A stretch of 64,000 nucleotides of DNA from a bacterium. GTDB lineage: Bacteria; Patescibacteriota; Patescibacteriia; Patescibacteriales; JAKAJF01. Below, piece after piece: positions 44,706 through 53,903 of this stretch; within the stretch, counting starts at the first letter, position 1, and the number at the start of each line of letters is the position of its first letter. The DNA lies in assembly GCA_021788015.1 (NCBI GenBank), contig JAJYLD010000001.1, forward strand, positions 17,581-81,580, in the 5' to 3' direction. Below the pieces are notes generated by a model. It searched no databases, was not told the DNA's origin, and saw only the letters and a list, made by a program, of their open reading frames with translations. A program made the translations under genes and the position numbers.

Positions 44706-44784
44706 AAAGATTTATAAAAGTTAACCCGAGCAACGTGCCGGCTCCGCGAGAGTCGGGTTGCTTCGGTTTATAAATCTTTTGATT
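44706..44784 (+). other. long rod-like hairpin (about 31 bp in three segments) upstream of proB
   Basis: TCAAAGATTTATAAA/TTTATAAATCTTTTGA (15 bp, 1 bulge), CCGAGCAAC/GTTGCTTCGG, CCGGCTC-CGCGA-GAGTCGG. Followed at 44806-44832 by CAACC..GGTTG and T6. Confidence 0.5.
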
Positions 44785-44871
44785 TAAACAGAACGCTATC
44801 GAGGCAACCTGAATTAAAAAAGGTTGTTTTTTGTTGCTTTTAAAATTAAAATTCATAAAGGGGGATTCATC

Positions 44872-45615
44872 ATGAAGAGAATTCTGGTCTTAAAAATCGG
44901 CACAAAATCAATAGTCACGCCCGGAGGTAAAATAAGGCGGGACTTATTGAAAAACACGGCCGCGGATGTCGCGCGGGTTATGAAAAAGGGATGGAAGGTA
45001 ATAATAGTTTCGTCCGGCGCTATCGCTTTTGGGAAAAATCATAAGCTGGTCCAAGGCAAAAAGTTGACGAAGCAGAATTACGCCATGATCGGCCAGAATA
45101 AACTGGTGGGAGCTTGGCAAAAATTTTTTGAGCCGCTTGGCATTCCCGCCGGTCAGGTTCTTTACGAAAACAAAAGCCTGCGAGGGGAAAGCCGAGAATC
45201 GGTAACCGAAGTGCTTATGGCTTTTTTGAGAATTGGGGTTCCCGTCGTGAATGAAAACGATGGGATTACCAATGAAGAAATCCGAGATCTGTTCGGTTTC
45301 GGCGATAACGACCAACTCGCCGCGCTCATTTCCAAAGCGGTCAAAGCCGAAAAGGTGATTTTTCTCACGACCGTTCCCGGAATATATGATAAGGCCGGCA
45401 AAATCATTCGGGTGATAAATGCCAGGGAACGGAAAATCCAAAACGGCCTCTGCGTCAAATCAGGGGACTCGAATGGAGGCATGCCCTCGAAACTGAAAGC
45501 CGGGAAAATGGCCGCCCTCGCCGGTAGCGAAGCGATAATCGCAAGCTACAAAGAGAAAGACATTCTCACTCGCCTGATTAAAGGCGAGGAGATCGGAACA
45601 AAAATAGTCGCTTAA
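44872..45615 (+). CDS. proB: glutamate 5-kinase (amino-acid kinase domain only, no PUA)
   Basis: ATG at 44872 behind aaagggggatt. LVLKIGTKSIV, VIIVSSGAIAFG, FGDNDQLAALI. Confidence 0.8.
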   Translation: MKRILVLKIGTKSIVTPGGKIRRDLLKNTAADVARVMKKGWKVIIVSSGAIAFGKNHKLVQGKKLTKQNYAMIGQNKLVGAWQKFFEPLGIPAGQVLYENKSLRGESRESVTEVLMAFLRIGVPVVNENDGITNEEIRDLFGFGDNDQLAALISKAVKAEKVIFLTTVPGIYDKAGKIIRVINARERKIQNGLCVKSGDSNGGMPSKLKAGKMAALAGSEAIIASYKEKDILTRLIKGEEIGTKIVA

Positions 45616-45663
45616 AAAAAGCGACTTTTTTATATTTCAGAAGATTCGTTTAAAAATTTATGA

Positions 45664-46104
45664 TTACATTGATTCAACCTTGCGTCTAAAGAAAAACCTA
45701 TACTCTTCTTTTTTTAAATCGTAAGGATCTTTTACTTTCTTCACCAGTTCGAAACCCAGTTTTTTGTGGGCCGCGACAGAAATGCCATTCTTTAATTCGA
45801 CATAACTGATTATATTTTTATTTCCAATTTCTTTTTTTAATTTTTCAAATAATTTTTTGCCTATTCCTTTGCCTCTGTGTTTTTTGTCGACAACCCAATC
45901 GTTTAAGTACACTTCATTATTTTTAGTCGCAAATGCGCAAATCGCCCCTATAATTTTATTTTTGTCTTCAGCGATAAAAACATAACCGAAAGTTATAAAA
46001 GCGGCCATGTCATAAATATTCACCACTTCTTCATCCCAAATTTCATTTTCCAGCGCGCGTATTTTTTGAGATTGATTGATTTTGGCTTTTTTTATTTTGA
46101 TCAT
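45664..46104 (-). CDS. GNAT family N-acetyltransferase
   Basis: WVVDKKHRGKGIGKKLFEKL (acetyl-CoA binding motif). The start may be at 46104 or 46125. Confidence 0.8.
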   Translation of the reverse strand: MIKIKKAKINQSQKIRALENEIWDEEVVNIYDMAAFITFGYVFIAEDKNKIIGAICAFATKNNEVYLNDWVVDKKHRGKGIGKKLFEKLKKEIGNKNIISYVELKNGISVAAHKKLGFELVKKVKDPYDLKKEEYRFFFRRKVESM

Positions 46105-46187
46105 AAAATTTATAAATATATACATTAATCATATCAAAAAAATTTATTTCGGGCGAGAAAAACGGAAAAAATTATAAAAAAACCGCC

Positions 46188-46580
46188 TCAACTTTTTGTT
46201 GGGCGGATTTGGCCGTGTTTAGAGTCTTCGTCATCGGCGTCCGGTATAACCCGGCTTCCTCCGATGAACAAAACACAAAAATAACTCTCTCTTGTTTTTT
46301 CTCGGATTTTAGCTTCCTCCGGCGTGCCTCTCTCATACAGTAGTGGTACGGGAATCGCCCGAGGGTCGTTTATCGGCTTGCCAAGGAAAACGCGGTTACC
46401 GTTTTTAACGCCGCAGTATTGGCCCCGCTCGAAAATACATTCTCTGGGCTCGCATATTTTCGTATCGAACCACCTTGAGATAGCAGTGGCCTTAATCGGA
46501 GGGTCGAAACGATAATTTCTGCCGACGACAAGATGTGGTGCGTCCATCGAGACTTGTCCTCGGGTGATATTACGGCGCAT
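46188..46580 (-). CDS. hypothetical protein
   Basis: ATG at 46580 (MRRNITRGQVSMDAPH...) behind AAGGAGGAG. 130 aa, several Cys. No family recognised. Confidence 0.5.
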   Translation of the reverse strand: MRRNITRGQVSMDAPHLVVGRNYRFDPPIKATAISRWFDTKICEPRECIFERGQYCGVKNGNRVFLGKPINDPRAIPVPLLYERGTPEEAKIREKTRESYFCVLFIGGSRVIPDADDEDSKHGQIRPTKS

Positions 46581-46725
46581 CTTAAATTTCAACTTCTCCT
46601 CCTTATCTTTTTTCCTTTTTTTGATTAAAAATATCAATAGTATAAAATAGCACCTGTTGCGAAAACTGTCAATTTCGTTTGTTTTCCGTTTTTCATGTTT
46701 TCTTAATTTATGTTATAATAAATTC

Positions 46726-47226
46726 ATGCCCGACAAAGAAGAAGCGCAAAAAAATACGCTTGAAAACCATGAACAAAGAATAAAAACCGAAACGACAAAA
46801 GTCGAATCTGGTCCCTTTGTTCATGGACCGGAAAGAATGAATGAAATCGATCATGAAGAAGAGAAAAAAATCATCGGAGAAATTTCGGGAAAAGACGCCG
46901 ACGCCGGAAATATCGTCGCGGCCACGAACGCCAGGGAAGAAACTCGAAGAGAGGAAAAAGAAATCGAAAAAGCGCTTGAAAGCGGACTGGAAGACATTTA
47001 TTTGAAGATGTCTCCGGAAAAGCAAAAAGAATTTAAGGCCAAAGGCGAAGAGACCGCGAAAAAAATCAACCGACTTTTGCATAAGGCCAAAGTGAAGATC
47101 AAAGACATTATCGACTTAATCAAAAAATGGCTCGCCGTCATTCCGGGCGTGAATAAATTTTTTATTGAAAAAGAAGCGAAGATAAAGACGGACGAAATTG
47201 TGAAGATTAAGAATAAACCTTTTTGA
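46726..47226 (+). CDS. Glu/Lys-rich hypothetical protein with C-terminal amphipathic/TM segment
   Basis: ATG at 46726. 166 aa. ...IIDLIKKWLAVIPGVNKFF... Sits upstream of the VirD4-like ATPase. Confidence 0.5.
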   Translation: MPDKEEAQKNTLENHEQRIKTETTKVESGPFVHGPERMNEIDHEEEKKIIGEISGKDADAGNIVAATNAREETRREEKEIEKALESGLEDIYLKMSPEKQKEFKAKGEETAKKINRLLHKAKVKIKDIIDLIKKWLAVIPGVNKFFIEKEAKIKTDEIVKIKNKPF

Positions 47227-47250
47227 TATTTATCAGTCTAATAAGAAAAA

Positions 47251-47317
47251 TTTTCAATTTGCAATTTTCAATTTGCGATTATTTTTATTAAAATCGGAAA
47301 TCGAAAATTGAAAATCG
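47251..47317. repeat. AT-rich palindromic intergenic element (ttttcaatttgcaatt family)
   Basis: ttttcaatttgcaattttcaatttgcgatt ... aatcggaaatcgaaaattgaaaatcg (17/19 pairing). The same words flank the four-helix-bundle gene at 36596-36625 and 36978-36995. Confidence 0.55.
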
Positions 47318-47327
47318 TGAATTATAT

Positions 47328-49874
47328 ATGGATTACGGTATCTCTCAACAAAATTACCCCATTCAAATCAATGCCAGCATGAACGCCAGCTCCAATCAGT
47401 GGCTGGTTGTTTTGTTTTGGATAGCCGTTGTCGCGCTCGTCATTTTAATTATCCGTTCCATTATTAAATTTTTCGTAAAACGTTCGCGTTTGCACGATCA
47501 TATTATTTATCTCGTCCGCCTCCCCAAAGAAAAACCGAAAGACCAGGAGAAAATTTACGGCGTCCAGCAGCTTCGGGAGGAAATCGCGCGCGGAGAAACG
47601 ATTTTCGCGAGTATCGGCGGATTGCGCGCCCAGCGCGGTTTGAATAAGGAAGGTATTCGCGCCTGGCTTTTCGGCAGAAACGACCATTTTTCTTTCGAAA
47701 TCACGGCCAATCACAAGGTGATTTCTTTCTACGCGGTCGCTCCGAAACGCATGGCCCGCTATCTCGAGCAGCAAATCCAAGCGCATTTTCCCGAAGCGGC
47801 AATGGAAGAAGTGAAAGATTATAATATTTTCAATCCCTCCGGAGATACGGAAGCCTGCTTTCTAAAAACCCAACGCGAATTTATTTTTCCCTTAAAGACA
47901 TACACGCGCATGGAAGCCGACCCGATGAATTCCTTGATCAACGTCATGTCGAAATTGAACAAGGACGAGGCGATCGCCGTGCAATACGTCGTCCGCAGCG
48001 CGAAACCGGGTTGGCATCGAGTCGTCGTCAAGTTTGTCGCCAACGTTCATAAGTTCAACTCGGTGCGGGACGCTTTGCGCAATCGTGGTCTCGTCAAGGT
48101 TCTTCTTTTTTGGAGCGATCTTTTCAAATCGGCCAAGCCGAAAAATTCGAATCCGGAAAACCAAAGACGCTTGACCCCGATGGAAGAGGAAACTTTAAAA
48201 ATCATCGAGGAGAAAAACGCGAAAGCGGGGCTGGACGTCAATTTGCGCATCGTCGTAAGCGCGCGCGACCGTTATCACGCCAAACATATCTTAAACAACA
48301 TGGTCGGCGCTTTCAGCCAGTACAACTATTACGAGTACGGCAACAGTTTTAAAAATAAGGTCAGTCATTTTTGGAACATATTGCTGCATTGGCGCGGGCG
48401 CAATCGAATTTTGACCGATTTCATTTACCGCCGTTTCGACGCGAAGACCGGTTTTATTCTGAACACGGAGGAACTGGACAGTATGTATCATTTTCCTTTG
48501 CGTCAAGCGGAAACGCCGAACATAAATTGGCTTACGGCGAAACACGCGGCCGCTCCGACGAACATTCCCGACGAGGGCATAATTCTCGGGCGCAATATTT
48601 ATCGAGGCGTGGTCAGGGACGTAAAAATAAAAAGAACCGATCGCAGAAGACATGCGTATATAATAGGTAAGTCGGGCGTGGGCAAATCGCAACTTATGGC
48701 CAGTATGGCCATTCAGGATATTTTAAACGGCGAGGGCGTTTGCGTCATCGATCCGCACGGCGATTTGATCAACGACATTTTAACGCGTATTCCGCCGGAA
48801 CGGGCCGAAGACGTCATCCTGTTCTCCCCGGCCGATATTTCGAGGCCGATGGGATTGAATTTGCTTGAATTCGATTCGCGCTATCCCGAACAGAAAACTT
48901 TCGTCATCAACGAAATGATAAAAATATTCGACAAGCTTTACGATCTGAAAGCGACCGGCGGGCCGATTTTCGAGCAATACATGCGCAACGCCATGCTCCT
49001 TGTCATGAGCGACCCGGAATCAGGTTCGACGTTGATGGAAATTCCGCGCGTTTTGGCCGACCCCGAATTTCGCAGAATGAAACTTTCGAAATGCGGCGAC
49101 CCAACCGTTGTCGATTTCTGGCGCAAGGAAGCGGAAAAGGCGGGGGGAGAAGCGGCTCTGGCGAATGTCGTTCCTTATATCACTTCGAAATTAACTTCTT
49201 TCATTTCGAACGATACCATGCGTCCGATCATCGGTCAGCAAAAAAGCTCGTTTAATTTGCGCGATGTCATGGATCATCAAAAAATTCTTCTCGTCGATTT
49301 GACGAAAGGTTTGATCGGCGAACTGAACGCGCATCTTCTCGGCATGATTCTGGTCGGAAAAATTTTGATGTCCGCCCTGTCCCGCGCCGACATGCCGCAG
49401 GAAAAAAGAAAAGATTTTTACCTTTACATCGACGAATTTCAAAATTTTACGACCGATTCGATTTCTTCGATTCTTTCCGAAGCGAGAAAATACAGTTTGA
49501 ATTTGATCATCGCCCATCAATACCTCGGCCAGCTCGTGAAGCCGAACGACACCTCGATTCGCGACGCGGTTTTCGGAAACGTGGGCACATGGATTGTTTT
49601 CAAGATCGGCTCGGAAGACGCGGAAAAGATGGAAAAAGAATTCGCGCCCGTCTTTAATCAGTATGACTTGATCAATGTGGAAAAATACACGGCTTACATA
49701 AAATTGTTGATCGACAATACGGCTTCCCGTCCTTTCTCGATGGTTACTCCCTGGCCCTTGCCCGGGGTGAAACGGGAAGAGTCGGGAGCGCGCATAAAAA
49801 CTTTAAGTCGTTTAAAATTCGGCCAGGATCGAAACATAATCGAGGCGGAGATAAGAAAAAGAGCAGTGATTTAA
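47328..49874 (+). CDS. membrane-anchored P-loop ATPase, TraG/TraD/VirD4 (type IV coupling protein)-like
   Basis: 848 aa with an N-terminal TM helix. Walker A IIGKSGVGKSQL, Walker B FYLYIDEFQNF, and ARKYSLNLIIAHQYLGQL, typical of TraD/VirD4/HerA-FtsK-clade ATPases. Confidence 0.7.
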   Translation: MDYGISQQNYPIQINASMNASSNQWLVVLFWIAVVALVILIIRSIIKFFVKRSRLHDHIIYLVRLPKEKPKDQEKIYGVQQLREEIARGETIFASIGGLRAQRGLNKEGIRAWLFGRNDHFSFEITANHKVISFYAVAPKRMARYLEQQIQAHFPEAAMEEVKDYNIFNPSGDTEACFLKTQREFIFPLKTYTRMEADPMNSLINVMSKLNKDEAIAVQYVVRSAKPGWHRVVVKFVANVHKFNSVRDALRNRGLVKVLLFWSDLFKSAKPKNSNPENQRRLTPMEEETLKIIEEKNAKAGLDVNLRIVVSARDRYHAKHILNNMVGAFSQYNYYEYGNSFKNKVSHFWNILLHWRGRNRILTDFIYRRFDAKTGFILNTEELDSMYHFPLRQAETPNINWLTAKHAAAPTNIPDEGIILGRNIYRGVVRDVKIKRTDRRRHAYIIGKSGVGKSQLMASMAIQDILNGEGVCVIDPHGDLINDILTRIPPERAEDVILFSPADISRPMGLNLLEFDSRYPEQKTFVINEMIKIFDKLYDLKATGGPIFEQYMRNAMLLVMSDPESGSTLMEIPRVLADPEFRRMKLSKCGDPTVVDFWRKEAEKAGGEAALANVVPYITSKLTSFISNDTMRPIIGQQKSSFNLRDVMDHQKILLVDLTKGLIGELNAHLLGMILVGKILMSALSRADMPQEKRKDFYLYIDEFQNFTTDSISSILSEARKYSLNLIIAHQYLGQLVKPNDTSIRDAVFGNVGTWIVFKIGSEDAEKMEKEFAPVFNQYDLINVEKYTAYIKLLIDNTASRPFSMVTPWPLPGVKREESGARIKTLSRLKFGQDRNIIEAEIRKRAVI

Positions 49875-49885
49875 TTTTAATAAAA

Positions 49886-49909
49886 AAGACCGGATTATAA
49901 ACCGGCCTT
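49886..49909 (-). terminator. intrinsic terminator (best on minus strand)
   Basis: Minus strand: AAGGCCGG-TTTATAAT-CCGGTCTT followed by T6. Confidence 0.7.
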
Positions 49910-49921
49910 GAGGCTCAACTA

Positions 49922-50215
49922 TTAGTCGCCATGATCCTCGAAAGGAAGATCTTTTTCCTTTGCGAAGTCGCGAATGAACGCATAGAGCTTATCTTTTTGT
50001 TCTTTTTCCACGCTCACGATTACATGCCAAGTCGGATGGGTCGGGTAGCAACGATATTCGTCGACTTTTTTAATATATTATTCCCCCATCATGATGTTTC
50101 TAAGGGCGAATTTTTCCCCGAATTTCACCATGAAATCGCCGGCATGCTCCTTAAGTATGACCACGTTCAGCTGAATAAGCTCTTTACTCGAGAAGATAAG
50201 AACCCCGTCTGTCAT
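49922..50215 (-). pseudogene. small hypothetical gene interrupted by an in-frame TAA
   Basis: ATG at 50215 behind AAGGAGG. MTDGVLIFSSKELIQLNVVILKEHAGDFMVKFGEKFALRNIMMGE-TAA(50080-50078)-YIKKVDEYRCYPTHPTWHVIVSVEKEQKDKLYAFIRDFAKEKDLPFEDHGD*. The terminator follows the second stop, not the first. Confidence 0.45.
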
Positions 50216-50356
50216 GTTCGCCTCCTTAAAGGAGGCAAAAGTTACGTTTAAATTAAAGCAAAATAAAAGATTTGTCAAGAAAGTTCGAGGTTTATCTTTA
50301 CAAAAATAAAAAATTGGTGTATAATGAGTTAGCTTTTTAAAAATAAATATAAAAAT

Positions 50357-51061
50357 ATGACAAATAAAATTTTATTTAAAGACGAAAACGATTTCAATGA
50401 AGACGAAAGAGAGAATGTGGAAAATGCGGAGAGCGAAGACGAAGACATGAGCGATGAAATGGATGAAGATGAACATGAAGAAGAGTCGGACGAAGAAGAG
50501 GACAAAGACAATGTTCTTATCGCCAAATCGAAAATTTTGCTCATAAAAAAACTTCTCGGCAATATAAAAGACAACAGCGATAAATTGTCCGATCTTCTGG
50601 CGCCGCTTCTGACCGCGGAGGAAGAGGAAAGAATCAGTTTGGGCCAGATCGGCGAAGAAGGTTTTAAAAGGGAAGAAAAAGAAGGTGAAAGAATCATCGA
50701 AGGAGTGTTCGACGGCGAAAGCATGATCGGTCCGGACGGAAAGGTCTACAGCGTGCCCGCCAACTACGCTTCGAAATCAAAGTTGGTGGAAGGCGACATC
50801 TTAAAATTGACCATAACCGAAAATGGGACTTTCATTTATAAACAAATCGGTCCGATCGAAAGAGGGAGAATCGTGGGCAAGTTGGAAAAAGAAGCCGATG
50901 GAAGTTATTTCGTAACTCTGGACGGAAAAAAATGGCGAGTTTTGACCGCGAGCGTGACTTACTTCAAGGGCGATGAAGGAGATGAAGTCGTAATTCTCGT
51001 GCCGAAAGCGGGGGAGAGTAAATGGGGAGCGGTAGAAAACATAATCAAGAACCCGGAATAA
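50357..51061 (+). CDS. hypothetical protein with acidic N-terminus
   Basis: 234-aa ORF. Promoter-like TTTACA, 17 nt, (TG)TATAAT at about 50296-50324. No family recognised. Confidence 0.6.
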   Translation: MTNKILFKDENDFNEDERENVENAESEDEDMSDEMDEDEHEEESDEEEDKDNVLIAKSKILLIKKLLGNIKDNSDKLSDLLAPLLTAEEEERISLGQIGEEGFKREEKEGERIIEGVFDGESMIGPDGKVYSVPANYASKSKLVEGDILKLTITENGTFIYKQIGPIERGRIVGKLEKEADGSYFVTLDGKKWRVLTASVTYFKGDEGDEVVILVPKAGESKWGAVENIIKNPE

Positions 51062-51089
51062 TCGCCGAAAATTCGATAAGTATAAAAAT

Positions 51090-51116
51090 AGAGGCTTTAA
51101 AATCAGCCTCTTTTTT
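51090..51116 (+). terminator. intrinsic terminator
   Basis: AGAGGCT-TTAAAATC-AGCCTCT followed by T6. Confidence 0.8.
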
Positions 51117-51286
51117 ATTATAAGATTGCATAAATTTCAATAACCGACACCCAAGTTCCAAAGCCATTCCAAATATCAAAATCCAAATTACAAATAAAAT
51201 CCAGACGACAAAATATGGACAGTCCGTGTTTAAAGGAGTAAGATTAATTTCATGAAATTTTCATCCGGGAGGTAAATGATACAGAT

Positions 51287-51961
51287 ATGCGAATATTGGT
51301 TATCGAGGACAATAAGAAATTAGCCGCTTCAATCAAACTCGGTTTGGAGCGGGAAGGTTTTGCGGTCGATTGCTTGTTTGACGGCAAGGCGGGGCAAGAT
51401 CGTTTAATGATGAGCTACGGTGTGTATGATTTATTGATTTTGGACATTATGCTGCCACAAGTAGACGGGATAACCGTTTGCCAGAATGTCAGAAAACAAA
51501 AAATAGTTTTGCCTGTTATTATGTTAACGGCGAAAGATACCGTTGATGATAAAATTTGGGGGTTGAATTGCGGGGCCGACGATTATTTGATAAAACCATT
51601 TTCCTTCGACGAGTTGGTAGCCAGAATCCGCGCCTTATTAAGACGACCTCAAGGCGTTTTGCCGGTGGAATTAAAAGTCGGCGATTTGGTATTAAACGCC
51701 ACCGCCGGGAAAGTGTACAGAAAAAACAAGGAAATCGAACTTTCACTTAAAGAATTTTCTTTATTGGAATACTTGATGCGCAACGCCAATCAAGTATTAA
51801 GTCGGGAGCAAATTTTGGATCATGTTTGGGATTTCGCTTTTGATTCATTCAGCAATGTCGTTGACGTCCAAATAAAAAATTTACGAAAAAAAATCGATAA
51901 AGGACACAATGAAAAATTATTGGAAACAGTTCGCGGTTTGGGCTACCGGCTTAAAAATTAA
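51287..51961 (+). CDS. OmpR-family two-component response regulator
   Basis: Receiver domain (MRILVIEDN...DLLILDIMLP..DG) plus a winged-helix output domain (...LLETVRGLGYRLK). Confidence 0.92.
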   Translation: MRILVIEDNKKLAASIKLGLEREGFAVDCLFDGKAGQDRLMMSYGVYDLLILDIMLPQVDGITVCQNVRKQKIVLPVIMLTAKDTVDDKIWGLNCGADDYLIKPFSFDELVARIRALLRRPQGVLPVELKVGDLVLNATAGKVYRKNKEIELSLKEFSLLEYLMRNANQVLSREQILDHVWDFAFDSFSNVVDVQIKNLRKKIDKGHNEKLLETVRGLGYRLKN

Positions 51962-52916
51962 TCTTTTTCAAAGGGCCCGCTTCAGGCTGACCGCTTATTA
52001 TATCTTGGTGATAGCGGTCATTTTAAGCGTATACAGCCTGATTTTATTCCAGGCCTTGGCGGGCAATCTTAGGGATGGCGAATTCGGGGACGAACAAGTC
52101 AATCCGATGGCGATTGACAGAACGATTGATAATTTGAAAACCAGCATTTTTATTATCGACCTGATTGTTTTGGTCTTAGTAAGTTTTTTAAGCTATATTT
52201 TGGCCGGCCGAACATTAAAACCGATCAAAAAATCATTGGAAGCGCAGCAGCAGTTTAGCGCCAACGCCTCCCATGAACTGCGTACGCCTTTGGCTATTAT
52301 GAAAACCGACAGCGAAGTGGCCTTACGGAATCCTCGCAATACTCTTAATGATTTGAGGGTTCTCACCGAAAGCAATTTGGAAGAAGTCGAGCGGATGTCC
52401 AAAATAGTGAACGATCTGCTTATTTTATCGCGCAGCCAGCGGCTGAAAGAGACGCATTTTTCAAAAATAGATTTATCAGAAGCAGTGATTAAAATGGCGC
52501 ATAAAATGCGGCAGCAAGCATTAAATAAAAATGTCTCGCTTAATGTAACAAAGACGGAAGGCGGATTTATATCTGGCGATAACGATGCCGTCGAGCAAAT
52601 GATTTTGAACATTCTGCAGAATGCCGTCAACTATACGCCCGAAAAAGGGAGTATCGAAGTGGCGCTCGAAAACAAAGAAAATTTTATCGAACTCAAAATA
52701 ACGGATACCGGCATCGGCATTGAAAAGAATAAATTGTCCCGCATTTTTGAACGTTTTTACAAGGCGGACGACTCGAGGACAAGCGTAACCGAAGGCGCCG
52801 GTCTCGGCTTGTCCATCGTTAAAGAAATCGTTGACAATCATCGAGGCAAGATTACAATCAGTAGCGAACTTAACAAAGGCACAGAGGTAATTATTCAATT
52901 TGCCAGAATAATTTAA
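51909..52916 (+). CDS. sensor histidine kinase
   Basis: Two TM helices, H-box FSANASHELRTPLA, N-box ILQNAVNYTP, G-boxes DTGIGI and GAGLGLSIV. The start is uncertain (the ATG at 51909 overlaps the regulator by 53 nt). Confidence 0.85.
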   Translation: MKNYWKQFAVWATGLKINLFQRARFRLTAYYILVIAVILSVYSLILFQALAGNLRDGEFGDEQVNPMAIDRTIDNLKTSIFIIDLIVLVLVSFLSYILAGRTLKPIKKSLEAQQQFSANASHELRTPLAIMKTDSEVALRNPRNTLNDLRVLTESNLEEVERMSKIVNDLLILSRSQRLKETHFSKIDLSEAVIKMAHKMRQQALNKNVSLNVTKTEGGFISGDNDAVEQMILNILQNAVNYTPEKGSIEVALENKENFIELKITDTGIGIEKNKLSRIFERFYKADDSRTSVTEGAGLGLSIVKEIVDNHRGKITISSELNKGTEVIIQFARII

Positions 52917-53000
52917 TTTCATCCTTTTTTCATTTTGAAAAATTATACTGAAATTAATTCAATGCTGTCGATTTTTCGAGAATTGATTCCGCCTTAATCC

Positions 53001-53732
53001 ATGAAATACATAATTTACACCTTAAGAATAACCGCTTGGCTTTTGGCTGCCGTTTCCGTCGCGGTTTTATTCACCGCTTTGCCGAATTTGCCTTGGCCGA
53101 CTTTTAAAAGCGACTATCATCTCCATACCGTTATCTTGCCGATGGTTTTCGTTCCTTTGTTTTATCTTCATACTCTTGCCGGTTTCTGGTTTCTGCTTTC
53201 AAGACATAAAAGACTCAATAAGCTTTGGATAAAGGTGGAGACAAGTATTTTGTGGACGGCGATATTAATCGTCTTTGGTTGGTTTTACGCCATAAATTTA
53301 ACCCGGGTCGATTTGCAAAAGACTTTAAATAATACCGCCGGCCATCAAACAAATGCGGCAAATTCATCTTTATCCGTCTCCGTTCCGAATTCTAAAACGG
53401 TCGGATCGATTACGACCGTTTTAACGGCAAACGAAGTAAGCAAGCACAATAAAATCGATGATTGCTGGTTGATCATAAACGACAAAGTTTACGATGTTAC
53501 GAGATATCTGGGCGTCCACCCCGGCGGCCCTTCTACGATAATTCCTTATTGCGGCAAAGACGCGACAGCCGCTTTTGCCGACCTTCCTCATTCGCAAAGC
53601 GCTGTCAATCTTTTGCAATCGTTTTATATCGGCAATCTCGGCGGTCCCATCAATCAGCAGAGCGCTAAAAAGGTAAAAACCCAACCGTTGCCCGTCAAGG
53701 CGGTAACAAACGGCGGAGAGGAAAATGATTAA
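53001..53732 (+). CDS. membrane protein with C-terminal cytochrome b5-like heme-binding domain
   Basis: About 4 TM helices, then HNKIDDCWLIINDKVYDVTRYLGVHPGGPSTIIPYCGKDATAAF (HPGG motif). Confidence 0.75.
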   Translation: MKYIIYTLRITAWLLAAVSVAVLFTALPNLPWPTFKSDYHLHTVILPMVFVPLFYLHTLAGFWFLLSRHKRLNKLWIKVETSILWTAILIVFGWFYAINLTRVDLQKTLNNTAGHQTNAANSSLSVSVPNSKTVGSITTVLTANEVSKHNKIDDCWLIINDKVYDVTRYLGVHPGGPSTIIPYCGKDATAAFADLPHSQSAVNLLQSFYIGNLGGPINQQSAKKVKTQPLPVKAVTNGGEEND

Positions 53733-53903
53733 CAGGATAAAAACAACATAAAACATAAAAAGATCAGATTTTTTCATGCCATTTTCATCTTCGGATATAA
53801 AAATATAAGTTAATATGAACAAGAAAATTTTTCATTATCTACGAACAGGAAAAAGCATTTATAATTTTTTCGTCTTTTTCCGTATCATAAAACCATAAAT
53901 AAA

